Source of the DNA: Nannocystis bainbridge
GTDB lineage: Bacteria; Myxococcota_A; Polyangia; Nannocystales; Nannocystaceae
DNA length: 64,000 nucleotides
NCBI RefSeq assembly: GCF_028368995.1
Contig: NZ_JAQNDL010000001.1
Coordinates: 2,816,001-2,880,000, forward strand
Direction of reading: 5' to 3'
Part shown: in pieces, positions 29,176 through 38,841 of the stretch
How positions within the stretch are numbered: position 1 is the first letter of the stretch
Layout of the letters: each line of letters starts with the position of its first letter
Translations under genes and position numbers: made by a program
The notes under the pieces: generated by a model
Databases searched by the model: none
What the model was told of the DNA's origin: nothing
The model's input: only the letters and a program-made list of their open reading frames with translations

Positions 29176-32100
29176 TCAGCGCTTGAGCCGGAACATCCCC
29201 GCCGGGGGCGCTGGCGCCGGTGCAGACGCGCCGTTCTTGCTGCCGAGAAAGGCCTGCGCCGACTTGTTGTCCGGATCGATCTTCAGCACCCGCTGATAGT
29301 AATCGGCCGCGCGGTCGTAGCGGGTCATCGCCTCGTTGACCTGGGCCAGCCCGAGCAGCGCCGTCAGGTTGCGTTCGTTCGTCGCCGCCATCAGCTGCTC
29401 GAAGTACACCTCGGACTGCGGGAAGTCGCCGATCGTCTTCAGCCCCTGCGCCAGGCAGCGCAGCGCCTCGACCTGGAACGGCTTCTCTGCCAGCACCGCT
29501 TGCAAGATCTTCGCGCCGGCCTCCGCGTCGCGCGCCCGCACCTGGAAGCAGCCCTCGTCGATGCGCTCCTCGATCGTCTTCTTCCGCTTCTGCCCGACGT
29601 TCGGGCTCTGCGGCGGCTTGTCGATCGGCTTGGCCGTGGTCGCGCCGGTCGCCTTGCCGGCCGTCCCGGATTCGTCGGGCAGATCGTGCTCCGGCCCGCC
29701 GGTCGTCGTGCCCGCGGTCGTGTCGCTCGCCTCCGCCCCGGCCGTCGCCTGCTCGGGCGGCTTGTCACCGGCGGGCGTGCTCGTCGCGTTCGTCACCGTC
29801 GCCAGCGGCGGCGCCGGATCTTTGGTCTCGAAGCGCGGATCGTCCTGCTTCGCCGGCTCGCGGTCCGGCACGTCGCGCTTGCCCTCGCTCTCGATCTCCG
29901 TCAGACCGCGCGCATCGTTGGCCCCGCGCTCGCCGTCCTGCGCCGCCTCGCGCAGGCTCGGCCCTGCCAGCTGCAGCACCAGCAAGATCAGCGCCGCGCT
30001 GGCGCACAGCCCCAGCAATGCATAGACCCCGCGGCCGGGCGCCGCCGCGATCGGCACCGACGGCGGCGTGACCTGCGACTGCGTCGAGGCTCGCTCGTGA
30101 GGCGAAGGGGCTCGTGCCTGCGCGAGCGTCTGCTCGTGCATCCGCGCGGCCCCCGTGGGCGCGTGCAGGATCCGTTCGGGCGCCTCGATCTCCGCGCCCG
30201 TCACCGTCAGCTCGTCCCTCGCCATCTCCGCCGCCGTCGCCTGCACCGCCGTCGCCGACAGCGCCGCCGTCGTCAGCGTCTCCTCGTTCGTGCGCGCGTC
30301 GTCGTCGTCGAGCTCCGCCTGCCACGCCCGCCTCGCCGCTTCTTTGCGCGCCGCCAGCTCCGCCCGCTCCGGCCGCTCCGGCCTCATGGCTTCGCTGCGC
30401 GCCTCGGGCTCGAGCTCGGCCTTCTCCACTCGCCCCGGCTTCATCGGCGCGGCCGCCATCGGTCCTGCGGCCACGGGCGGCGGGCTCGTCGAAGCCGCGA
30501 TCTCGCGCGGTCGGGCCAGCGGCGCCGACTTCACCGGCGGCGGTGCGCCCTGGGCCCGCGCGGGCGTCACGGGTCCTGCCGCCGCCAGCGGCCCCGACTC
30601 CGGCAGCGGCAGCGTCGCGAACATCGCCGTCCACGTCGGCGCCATCTCCTGCTGCTTCGGCGGCGGAGCCGGCGACCGCTCCTCGCTGTCCGCCCACGCC
30701 GTCGCCAGCGCCTGCGTGAACTCGGCCGCCGACGTGAAGCGGCGCTCGATCTCCCACGCCACCCCCTTCTTGAGCACGTCCTTCAGCAGCCCCCCGCAGT
30801 GCAGGCGGTCGATGAAGCGGTCGGCGTCGCGGACCACCTCGAGCGGCAGCTCGGCCCCGTGCAGCCCGAACACCGCCGTCATCGCCAGCCCGTAGATGTC
30901 GGCGCGGTGGTCGGCGTCTTGCGGTCGGTTCAGCACCTCGGGCGCCGCGTAGATGAACGACCCCATCGGCCCGGTGCGGGTCGAGCCTGGCGAGTCCTGT
31001 TCACGGACCAGATCGAAGTCCGTCAGCTTGGCCGCGCCGACGTCGCCGAGCAGCACGTTCGACGGCTTCACGTCGCGGTGGACCAGCCCGCGCGCGTGCG
31101 CGTGGACCAGCGCCTGTCCGACCGCGACGATGCCCGCGACCACCTGGTCGTGCGTCAGCTTCCGGTCCAGCACCGCCTCGTGGAGCGTGCCGCCGGCCAT
31201 GTACTCCATCACGAAGAAGTGGCGGCCCGCCTCCTCCCCGTACGGCTCGAGCACCTGCACGATCGCCGGGTGCTGCAGCTCCGACATCTTCCACGCCCCG
31301 CGGAAGAAGCGGTCGCGGCGGGTCTTGTCCTCCGCGAACTGCCCGTGCAGCACCTTCAGCGCCACCTCGCGCTGGTTCCTCTCGTCGCGCGCGTGCCACA
31401 CCGTGGCGAACCCGCCCTGCCCGATCTGCGCGATCAGGCGGTAGCGGCCGCGGCCCAGCACGTCGCCCTCGCGCAGCTGCGCCCCCTCGCGAAACTCCCG
31501 CTTCAGCGCCGCGATCTCGATCTCGACCTCGGTCGTCGCGCCGCCCTCGTCGCTGAGCTGCTGGCGCTTCGTCAGCGCCACCTCGAGCTTGCGGCCGAGC
31601 GTCGCCTTCGCGCCCGCGACCTTGAGGTCGAGCGGCCCGCCGGTCCCGAACACGCGCGCGTACACCTCGTTGCGGAACGGGTCCATCCCGCGGCACAGGC
31701 CCGTCAGCTGCAGCTCCTGGCGGTCCGCCTCGCCGAGCTCCTCCCCGTCGACCAGCCGGCGAAACAGCATCGCCAGGCGGCTGTCCTGCGTGACCAGGCG
31801 GAAGATGTTGTAGAAGTGGATGTTGCGCGGGCTCTCGGCGACGATCGTCGCCACCACCGCGTCGACATCGCTGGCGTCGAGCTTCTTGGCCCCGCGGGCG
31901 GCGCGGCTCCACAGCGCCTCGAACACCAGCTGGCACAGGAACACCGAGCCCCCCGTCAGCTCGAACACCCGCCCCACCAGGTCGGGCCCCGCGAACGCGC
32001 CGGCGGTGGCCAGGTACGACGCCAGCTGGCTGACCTGGGCCGTCGAGAGGTCCTCGAGCGCGATCTCGATGGCGACGTTGAACGGCGACCAGCGCGGGTC

Positions 32101-32625
32101 GGAGATGAAGCGCGACGAGTGGGCCGCCCCGGCCAGCACGAACGTCAGCCGCAGCAGCGCCTCTTCGTGGGCGCGCAGGTTGAAGAAGGTCCGGATCTTG
32201 CTGAAGATCTGCTCGCGGCACTCGACGTGGAGGAGCACGTCGATCTCGTCGACGAAGATGATGAGGCGGCCGGGGTACGCGGTCAGCCAGGCCTTGAACA
32301 CGTCGCGCGGTTCGCCCTTGCCGATCGGCGCCGGGTCGAAGTTGGCGCTGCGGGCCACCTCGTGCAGGAACTGGCGCCAGAAGTCGTCGTACGAGCGGAC
32401 CACGAACGGCGACAGGTCGACCAGCGCGCAGCGAAACTCCGGCGCCGGCAGCGACGCCATCGTCCGCGCGATCAGGCTCGACTTGCCGCTCTGCCGCGGC
32501 GCCGCGAAGTACGGGTAGTACTGGTTGTCGCGGATCTGCTCGACCAGCTCGGCGTCGGCGCCGCGGCGGATGTACGCCTTGCCGGCGAACGCTCCCGCCG
32601 CCCGGTACGGGTTATCGACCGTCAC
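29176..32625 (-). CDS. AAA-like (AAA_35/STAND-type) ATPase - Ser/Thr kinase - TM - TPR fusion
   Basis: GTG at 32625 overlaps the upstream stop. YIRRGAD, Walker A APRQSGKSS, Walker B IFVDEID, SPFNV; kinase IGQGGFATVW, HRDVKPSN, DFD, YAAPE; TM VYALLGLCASAALILLVL; TPR AADYYQRVLKIDPDN. Confidence 0.9.
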   Translation of the reverse strand: MTVDNPYRAAGAFAGKAYIRRGADAELVEQIRDNQYYPYFAAPRQSGKSSLIARTMASLPAPEFRCALVDLSPFVVRSYDDFWRQFLHEVARSANFDPAPIGKGEPRDVFKAWLTAYPGRLIIFVDEIDVLLHVECREQIFSKIRTFFNLRAHEEALLRLTFVLAGAAHSSRFISDPRWSPFNVAIEIALEDLSTAQVSQLASYLATAGAFAGPDLVGRVFELTGGSVFLCQLVFEALWSRAARGAKKLDASDVDAVVATIVAESPRNIHFYNIFRLVTQDSRLAMLFRRLVDGEELGEADRQELQLTGLCRGMDPFRNEVYARVFGTGGPLDLKVAGAKATLGRKLEVALTKRQQLSDEGGATTEVEIEIAALKREFREGAQLREGDVLGRGRYRLIAQIGQGGFATVWHARDERNQREVALKVLHGQFAEDKTRRDRFFRGAWKMSELQHPAIVQVLEPYGEEAGRHFFVMEYMAGGTLHEAVLDRKLTHDQVVAGIVAVGQALVHAHARGLVHRDVKPSNVLLGDVGAAKLTDFDLVREQDSPGSTRTGPMGSFIYAAPEVLNRPQDADHRADIYGLAMTAVFGLHGAELPLEVVRDADRFIDRLHCGGLLKDVLKKGVAWEIERRFTSAAEFTQALATAWADSEERSPAPPPKQQEMAPTWTAMFATLPLPESGPLAAAGPVTPARAQGAPPPVKSAPLARPREIAASTSPPPVAAGPMAAAPMKPGRVEKAELEPEARSEAMRPERPERAELAARKEAARRAWQAELDDDDARTNEETLTTAALSATAVQATAAEMARDELTVTGAEIEAPERILHAPTGAARMHEQTLAQARAPSPHERASTQSQVTPPSVPIAAAPGRGVYALLGLCASAALILLVLQLAGPSLREAAQDGERGANDARGLTEIESEGKRDVPDREPAKQDDPRFETKDPAPPLATVTNATSTPAGDKPPEQATAGAEASDTTAGTTTGGPEHDLPDESGTAGKATGATTAKPIDKPPQSPNVGQKRKKTIEERIDEGCFQVRARDAEAGAKILQAVLAEKPFQVEALRCLAQGLKTIGDFPQSEVYFEQLMAATNERNLTALLGLAQVNEAMTRYDRAADYYQRVLKIDPDNKSAQAFLGSKNGASAPAPAPPAGMFRLKR

Positions 32626-34760
32626 CGGTAGCTCTCCTTCTTGCGCACCCGCGCCGCCAGGTCGGCGTCGCTCGCCCCCGCCGCCTCGTCCTTCCACAGG
32701 TTGAAGCACAGGCACTGCGCCGGCTTCGGCAGCATCCCCGTCCGCTCGCGGATCGCCGCCCGCTCGCGCAGGACCACCGCCTGCGAGCGCGGCGGCAGCA
32801 GGGCCAGCAGCCGGTCCAGCTCGGCCTCCGAGAACGGCCGCAGCTCGACCTCCGTCCAGTCGCCGAGGTTCGGGTTCGACAGCTCGAAGCTCGCCAGCAC
32901 CTCGGCGATCGGGTCGCGCGTGGTCACCACCAGCCGCAGCGCCCCGCCCAGCTGGGTGACCACGCGGTACAGCGCCGGCACGAACCGCTGCGCCACCTCG
33001 GGCGTCAGCCCGCCGAACTCGTCGAGCGTCAGCAGCAGCGGGCGCTGGCCCGCCGCGGTCTGGATCTCGCGCCAGCCCTTGAAGCTCTGACCATAGGCGC
33101 GCCCGACCTCGGCGAAGAACTCGTCGAGGAACAGGTTCACGTCGTCGACCCGCATCATCTGCAGGTCGAGCAGGCACACCGCCGCGCCGGTCCCGGCCTG
33201 CCACGCGCGGTCGGCCCGCAGCAGCAGGCTCGACTTGCCGATCGAGAAGTCGCCGCGCACCACCACCACCTGCGCCCCGTCGGCCAGCGCCTCGGCCAGC
33301 GCCGCGTCGGCCGCCCGCGCCACGTACGAGCGCGCCGCCAGCCCCAGCATGCCGGCCTTCTGGAACGGATTGGTCCCGGGGGACATGCCCGATACGACAT
33401 GGTCCGAAGGACCTGTCCTCACGGGCATGCCTGAAGCGACCTGTCCGTTTGCACCTGTCCCCGAGGACACGTCCGCGATGCCCGCGGGCGTGACCCCGGG
33501 CGCGCACGCGGCCTCGGCGTGGGTCCCGAGCAGGGCGGCGATCGACCCGGCCGTGTGCGACGACGAGGCGTCCGGCTCGACCGGCAGCACGATCGGCCGC
33601 AGCCCGCTCTCGCCGGCGAAGAACGGCCCGCTCTCGCCCGCCCGCGCCCCGCTGTCACCGGCCGCCCGCGCCCCGCTCACCCCCGCCCGCGCCCCGCTGT
33701 CGCCCGCCGGGTGCGCCCCGCTCACCCCCGCCCGCGCCCCGCTGTCGCCCGCCGCCCGCGCCCCGCTGTCCGTCGACTCCGCCAATCGCTCGGCCAGCCG
33801 CGGCAGGAACGCGTGAGCATCGATCCCCTTGTAGAGCACCACCCGGCCGAGCTCGATCCCCGGGCGCAGCGCCTCGAGCAGGCGGCTCGACCCGCGCACG
33901 ATCGCTGCCTCGTCCTCCGGATAGAACGCCCACGCGATCTTGATCGGCGCCAGCCCGCCGCGGATCGTCGCAATCAGCGAGCGCGTGAACACGTCGTCCC
34001 AGCCGCTGTAGCCGAGCACCACCAGCGTGCGCGCGCTGATCAGGTGGGCCAGCGACGCCGACAGCTTGGGCCGGTCCTGCCCCAGCTGCGCCGGCGTGTG
34101 CAGCGTGTCGGTGCGAAACCAGTCGCCGTGGAAATGGACCACCAGGCAGCCCTGGCCGTCGACGCCCGACAGGCTGCCGTCGCCGTGCAGCGCCGTCATG
34201 TACGCGCGCCCGCCGGCCCGGCGCACGCTGATCGACACCAGCGGGTCGAAGTTCGAGGTCAGCACCAGCGGCCGGGTCGCAGCCGGCGCGCGCGCCAGCA
34301 CCTGCCCGAGCGCGTCCGCGGCCGGCGGCAGGTGCCAGCCCTCGACATCGTCCTCGAGCGCGCGGCACACCTCGTGGTCGTCGACCACCCGCGGCGGCGC
34401 CGGGAACCGCGGCGAGGGCCGCCGCGCCAGCAGCACCGCCTGCCGGATCACCGCGTTCGCCACGTCCTGATCGCGCGTGCGCAGCAGGTGGCGAAACGCC
34501 GCCTGGTAGCGGTTGTGGGGCTCCTTCTCGAGCGCCGCCTCGAACCGCTGCAGCTCGCTCGGCCGCTGATACTCGCCGCGGATCAGCGCGATCACCCCGT
34601 CGACCCGCGGCACCCCCGGCTCGCCCGCGCGGACCGGGGCCGTGATCGCCGAGCCCACCAGGTACACCAGCTCGTGCGGCCGCGCCGAGAGCCGGTCCAG
34701 CAGGTCCTCGTCGCTCGCGAACTCGGGCGCCATCTGGCCGGCGAAGGGATCGGCGGGCAT
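32622..34760 (-). CDS. SIR2-like (SIR2_2) domain fused to an AAA-like ATPase
   Basis: LVYLVGSAIT, VLTSNFD, VHFHGD, LVVLGYSGWD; C-terminal YVARAAD, GDFSIGKSS, LTLDEF. Confidence 0.85.
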   Translation of the reverse strand: MPADPFAGQMAPEFASDEDLLDRLSARPHELVYLVGSAITAPVRAGEPGVPRVDGVIALIRGEYQRPSELQRFEAALEKEPHNRYQAAFRHLLRTRDQDVANAVIRQAVLLARRPSPRFPAPPRVVDDHEVCRALEDDVEGWHLPPAADALGQVLARAPAATRPLVLTSNFDPLVSISVRRAGGRAYMTALHGDGSLSGVDGQGCLVVHFHGDWFRTDTLHTPAQLGQDRPKLSASLAHLISARTLVVLGYSGWDDVFTRSLIATIRGGLAPIKIAWAFYPEDEAAIVRGSSRLLEALRPGIELGRVVLYKGIDAHAFLPRLAERLAESTDSGARAAGDSGARAGVSGAHPAGDSGARAGVSGARAAGDSGARAGESGPFFAGESGLRPIVLPVEPDASSSHTAGSIAALLGTHAEAACAPGVTPAGIADVSSGTGANGQVASGMPVRTGPSDHVVSGMSPGTNPFQKAGMLGLAARSYVARAADAALAEALADGAQVVVVRGDFSIGKSSLLLRADRAWQAGTGAAVCLLDLQMMRVDDVNLFLDEFFAEVGRAYGQSFKGWREIQTAAGQRPLLLTLDEFGGLTPEVAQRFVPALYRVVTQLGGALRLVVTTRDPIAEVLASFELSNPNLGDWTEVELRPFSEAELDRLLALLPPRSQAVVLRERAAIRERTGMLPKPAQCLCFNLWKDEAAGASDADLAARVRKKESYR
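33367..33474. repeat. 14-bp-phased decamer array inside the SIR2-AAA coding linker
   Basis: Decamers at 33381, 33395, 33409, 33423, 33437, 33451 and 33465, plus a degenerate one at 33367. Confidence 0.9.
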
Positions 34761-35332
34761 CGTGTCACCCGAGAATACCCCACGCCGGGCCACCGCCCCC
34801 GCATGACGGAGGCGACAGCGAGGGCCGCGGCCGGGTGCAGCAACCCGGCCGCGCCGCTTTCCCGTGCGATTCCGCCCCGCTCGCCCGAGGCCGCCGCCAG
34901 GCCCGCCGCGCCCTCCCGGCCGCCCGGGCGGCCCGCGCTTCCCCCGTCGCTGCCTCGCCCACCTCGCCGCTCGAGTCCGGCGAGGCCCCGCGATCTCGCC
35001 GCGAACGGGCACGACCTCCGACCGCAGCCACCGGCGTGAGGCCGCGAGCCGCCGCGCCCGCCCCGCGCCTCTCGCCTGTCTATTCATACATGTCCAAAAG
35101 GCCATGACAATCCCTCACGCCACCTCGCCAACCTGTCCCCAAGGCCATGACACTCGCTCCCCGCGCTACGACATTCGCTCATGGCCCCTGACCGAAAGAC
35201 ATGGCCCGAGAGTCATGTCGACCGCGACGCCGAAGCGCGCCCCCGGAGCGGGCGCGCGCCCCCCGGCGATCGGGCTTCCCCCGCGCGAACGCCTCTGCGA
35301 CGATACCCCCTTCGGAGGTTCAATTTTTAAAG

Positions 35333-37006
35333 ATGGTCCACGTATTCGGATTTTCGCGTCGTCCCTCGCTCGCCCTCGCCTCGCTCGTGAGCGCGACGCT
35401 GACGGCCTGCCCCGCCGAGCCGGGCGACACCACCGCCAGCGACACCGGCACCGCCAGCGACACCGGCACCGGCGACACCCTCGAGCCGACCTCCACCGGA
35501 AGCTCGACCGAAGCGCCGACCACCGGGACCACGACCACCGACGGCACCAGCACCACCGGTGAGCCCGACCCGACCCGCATCGAGCAGATCCTCGCCGCGC
35601 TCGACCTGGCCATGTACGCCTGCCCCGAGCGCGTGTGGCCGGACGTGCAGGCCAGCTACCGCGCCAGCCAGGTGCTGCTGGCGTCGGTCGAGGAAAACCG
35701 CGCCTGGCTATGGAACGACCAGCTCGGCGAGGGCACCCCGCCGAACGTGACCGAGGGCCCGCTCGACAGCTTGCCGCCGGAGTGGTCGTCGACCTTCAAC
35801 GTCGGCACCCTGCAGGGCGCGCCGACGCTGGGGATCTCCCTCGACATCACGGCCGCGCACAACGCCACGCTCGAGCAGGCGGGGATCGAGGTCTGGCCCG
35901 ACTGGGCGATCCTGCTGAGCTTCCACGAGGGCTTTCATTTCCTCAGCGCGCAGAGCGACTGGAACGTCGGCAACGGCAGCCGCACCGCCCCGTACCCCGA
36001 GCCGTGGCAGCCGCGCTACCTGCGGGCCGCGCTGCTGCACGCGCTGCTCGCCGCCGTGCAGGGCGACGCCGACGCGCTCGCGGCCGCGGCCCACTGGCAA
36101 GCGCTGCTGCAGGCCGATTTCGCCGCGGAGCTGGCCGCGGGCCGCCGCTACGAGTGCACCGAGGGCAGCGCCGAGTACGCCTCGTTGATGATGAGCGCGC
36201 TGGTCGAGCTCGGCTGCGACGCGACGGACGCCGACCTGCTCGAGCTCGCCCGCTCGCGCGCCGACGACGGGCTGTTCCTCGGCATCGAGCAGTACGATCC
36301 GGGCCGCGAGTTCTACGACCTCGGCGTGCTCGCGGGGCTGCTGCTGCGCGGCCAGCAGGCGCCCGGATGGGAGCTCGAGGTCGAGGACGGCACGCCCCCG
36401 GTCCAGCTCGCGCTCGCCGGCGTGGCCCCGGCCCCGCAGCCCGACGACCCCGCGCTGCAGGCCAGCGTGCAGGCGGTGGTGGCGGCCCGCAACGAGCAGC
36501 TCGGCGCGGAGATCGAGCCGATGCTCGAGCACATGCAGAGCCCCGAGTACACCCGGATCCCCGTGTCCTTCAACTGGATCGCCGGCTCCTTCCGGGTCGG
36601 CGGCTTCTACTACCTGGCCGACGACCCCGCCGAACCGGAGGTGCTGCTGACGTTCTCGGCCGAGCTCGATCCACCCTCGGGCGTGGCGATCTCGGTGTCC
36701 CAGATGACCGCCCTCACCGGCGTGTCGACCCCGTGCGCGCTGGCGGCCGGCAACGCGATCGTGCTGACGATCCCGACCGCCGACCTCCAGGTCGCCGCCG
36801 ACAAGGCGACCGCCGCGACCGCGAAGCTGACGTTCGCCGGCCTCGAGGTCGAAGCCACCACCGACCTCGAGGGCCTGCCGTGGCTGTGCCCGACCGACGC
36901 CGGCGGGGCCGGCTACGCCCCCGCCGAGCCCAATCCCGTGCTCGACGAGCTGCGCGCGCAGGCCCACGCCCCCGGCCACCCGCTGCGCCCGCTGCTCGGC
37001 CGCTGA
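35333..37006 (+). CDS. Lipoprotein, putative zinc metallopeptidase (gluzincin-like)
   Basis: VSATLTA-C lipobox, HEGFH motif and downstream EGSAEY. Confidence 0.75.
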   Translation: MVHVFGFSRRPSLALASLVSATLTACPAEPGDTTASDTGTASDTGTGDTLEPTSTGSSTEAPTTGTTTTDGTSTTGEPDPTRIEQILAALDLAMYACPERVWPDVQASYRASQVLLASVEENRAWLWNDQLGEGTPPNVTEGPLDSLPPEWSSTFNVGTLQGAPTLGISLDITAAHNATLEQAGIEVWPDWAILLSFHEGFHFLSAQSDWNVGNGSRTAPYPEPWQPRYLRAALLHALLAAVQGDADALAAAAHWQALLQADFAAELAAGRRYECTEGSAEYASLMMSALVELGCDATDADLLELARSRADDGLFLGIEQYDPGREFYDLGVLAGLLLRGQQAPGWELEVEDGTPPVQLALAGVAPAPQPDDPALQASVQAVVAARNEQLGAEIEPMLEHMQSPEYTRIPVSFNWIAGSFRVGGFYYLADDPAEPEVLLTFSAELDPPSGVAISVSQMTALTGVSTPCALAAGNAIVLTIPTADLQVAADKATAATAKLTFAGLEVEATTDLEGLPWLCPTDAGGAGYAPAEPNPVLDELRAQAHAPGHPLRPLLGR

Positions 37007-37092
37007 GCCCGAAGGCACGGCTCCGCCAGCGAATCGCAGGACATGTCCCCGAGGACATATCCTTCGATTCGCCCGGATCCCCGTCCTCTGTT

Positions 37093-38280
37093 TCACGCAG
37101 GTTCGGGCAGATCGAGCTGCTCCTGTCGGGCCCAGCGGGCGATGATCTGCAGCGGCAGCCCCGCGGCCCTGCAGTTGGCGAACCCGCGGATCTGCACGAT
37201 GCGCCGCGTCTGTGGTTCGACCTCGATCGTGAACCGCGACTGGGGCGCTCCGTCGCGGCCGGCGCTGCGCAGCGACCAGATGCTCGAGATCCCGCGGACG
37301 CAGCGTCGCACGTAGGTCCCCACGCAGTGGCGCAGCGCCCGGCCCTCGGCGCGCAGCACGTCGCTCGAGAGCAGCTCGCCGATCTCCCACTGCAGCACCT
37401 TCGGATCGCCGGTGTCGTCCGCGAGCACCAGCCCCGCCCAGCCCGCGGCTCCCCACGTCCGAAACGCCCGGGACCCCGCCGTTTGCTCGCGCAGGCGCGC
37501 CAGCGCCTGCTCGCGCCGCCAGCCGCAGACCTGCATCCACATCGTATTGGCCGAATTGCCCGAGAACCGCGGCACCGCGGAGCCCTCGCCTTCACCGATG
37601 TACGTCGCCCGCAGGTACTGCACGATCGGCCCCACCTGCTGCACCGCGAGCTCGTCCCAGCGGCGGATCATCCACTGCAGCGCCTCGCGCCAGAATGCGC
37701 CGTGGCGCAGATCGGTCGCCAGCTCCGTCTGCAACACCGCCGCCACCAGCTCGGGCTCGGCCTCCAGCGCCAGCAGCTCGGCCCGGCGGATCGCCGCGCG
37801 CACCGGCAGGTCCGCAGGTGATTTCAGCAAGATCCGCTCCATCTTGCGCGTCAGCTGCAGCGGCAGCCCCGTCAGCTTGCGGAACGCCCGCCCGCCCGCG
37901 TGTTCGATGAACCACCCGCGCTCCTCGTCGCGGTCCGGCGAATCGTCGCCGAACCACGCCGAGGCCATCATGCGCGGCACCGGGTAGCGTCCCAGCAAGT
38001 GCTGCGCCAGCGAGTGAATCAACGCCTTCGGGTGGCCGCGGCCGCCCTGCCAGGTCTCGACCGGCGCCCCGTGCCATTCATGGAAGCGGGCCAGGTTGAC
38101 GATCGCCTGCACCGCCGCGGCCCCGCCGTCCAGCAGGTTCGAGACCTCGCTCGCCACCCACAGCACCCGCGCGAACACCTGTTGCGCCGCCAGATCGGCG
38201 CGCAGCGCCGCGAAACCATGACTCACCGCATGATCGACCGCCCGTCGCGCGTGGCGACGGAAACAAATCCTATTGGACAC
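37093..38280 (-). CDS. PcfJ-like domain protein
   Basis: GTG start with GGAGAG upstream; C-terminal L.AEG.AL.HCVG.Y...C..G.SSIWSLR...TIEV...IVQIRG.AN. Confidence 0.85.
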   Translation of the reverse strand: MSNRICFRRHARRAVDHAVSHGFAALRADLAAQQVFARVLWVASEVSNLLDGGAAAVQAIVNLARFHEWHGAPVETWQGGRGHPKALIHSLAQHLLGRYPVPRMMASAWFGDDSPDRDEERGWFIEHAGGRAFRKLTGLPLQLTRKMERILLKSPADLPVRAAIRRAELLALEAEPELVAAVLQTELATDLRHGAFWREALQWMIRRWDELAVQQVGPIVQYLRATYIGEGEGSAVPRFSGNSANTMWMQVCGWRREQALARLREQTAGSRAFRTWGAAGWAGLVLADDTGDPKVLQWEIGELLSSDVLRAEGRALRHCVGTYVRRCVRGISSIWSLRSAGRDGAPQSRFTIEVEPQTRRIVQIRGFANCRAAGLPLQIIARWARQEQLDLPEPA

Positions 38281-38510
38281 ACGACTCTCCCTGCGCGCGG
38301 CCATCACCGCGCGCCGTACGAACCGACGATTCGACGCATCGTGTGCAGGCGTACCGATTCGGGCGTCGATGCTGCGCCGGCCATTCAAGGCGCGCGCAGC
38401 CGACCCAATCGTCGCCGATCGCCGCAAAAGCGGCGCTCACGACCCGTCGAGGACCCTTCGTAGGACCGGCGCCGCGCCCCCTGAACGAGGTCGAGCGCGA
38501 TCAGCCGGTC

Positions 38511-38531
38511 TCAGGAGAACCGAACGAACAT
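38511..38531 (-). CDS. Putative leaderless 6-codon upstream ORF (MFVRFS)
   Basis: ATGTTCGTTCGGTTCTCCTGA starts 7 nt downstream of the -10 hexamer. Confidence 0.4.
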   Translation of the reverse strand: MFVRFS

Positions 38532-38537
38532 CCCGGG

Positions 38538-38566
38538 AGAATGCATGCACCCCCCACCCCTGTCAA
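38538..38566 (-). promoter_or_regulatory. Sigma70-type promoter TTGACA-N17-CATTCT
   Basis: Perfect -35 (38566-38561), 17-nt spacer, -10 CATTCT (38543-38538), pointing toward the PcfJ-like gene. Confidence 0.6.
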
Positions 38567-38841
38567 GCATCCTTCGCCGATGGGCGCCCCCGCTCACCGC
38601 ATCCGCATCCGTCGACCGCCCGTCCACGCCACATGTTCCAAAGGACATATTGCTGATTCTCGCCATGAGCGTCACGGCTCCTCGCCGCGATCGACCCCCG
38701 AGCGATGCGCATCGTCTTCACCAGGCGTCGCCCGTGCGACCCACCCCGCCCACAGGCACCCGCACGATCGCCGCACCAGGATGCGCCGATCTGCGAACTG
38801 CGACGTGCCGCCCCTGCGCCGCTGATGCTACGTTCGCCGCG

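Noticed and set aside
28867-32631. Long 1254-aa ORF on the + strand, and similar long antisense or alternate-frame ORFs (3280..5457, 22767..25766, 23080..25575, 57709..60015)
   Set aside because: These are shadow ORFs of high-GC genes: Arg/Ala/Gly-rich, without motifs, and overlapping well-supported genes.
32626-33507. N-terminal extension of the AAA-kinase ORF to 33507
   Set aside because: It overlaps the SIR2-AAA gene in another frame; the GTG at 32625 has an RBS-like GAAGGAG and stop/start coupling.
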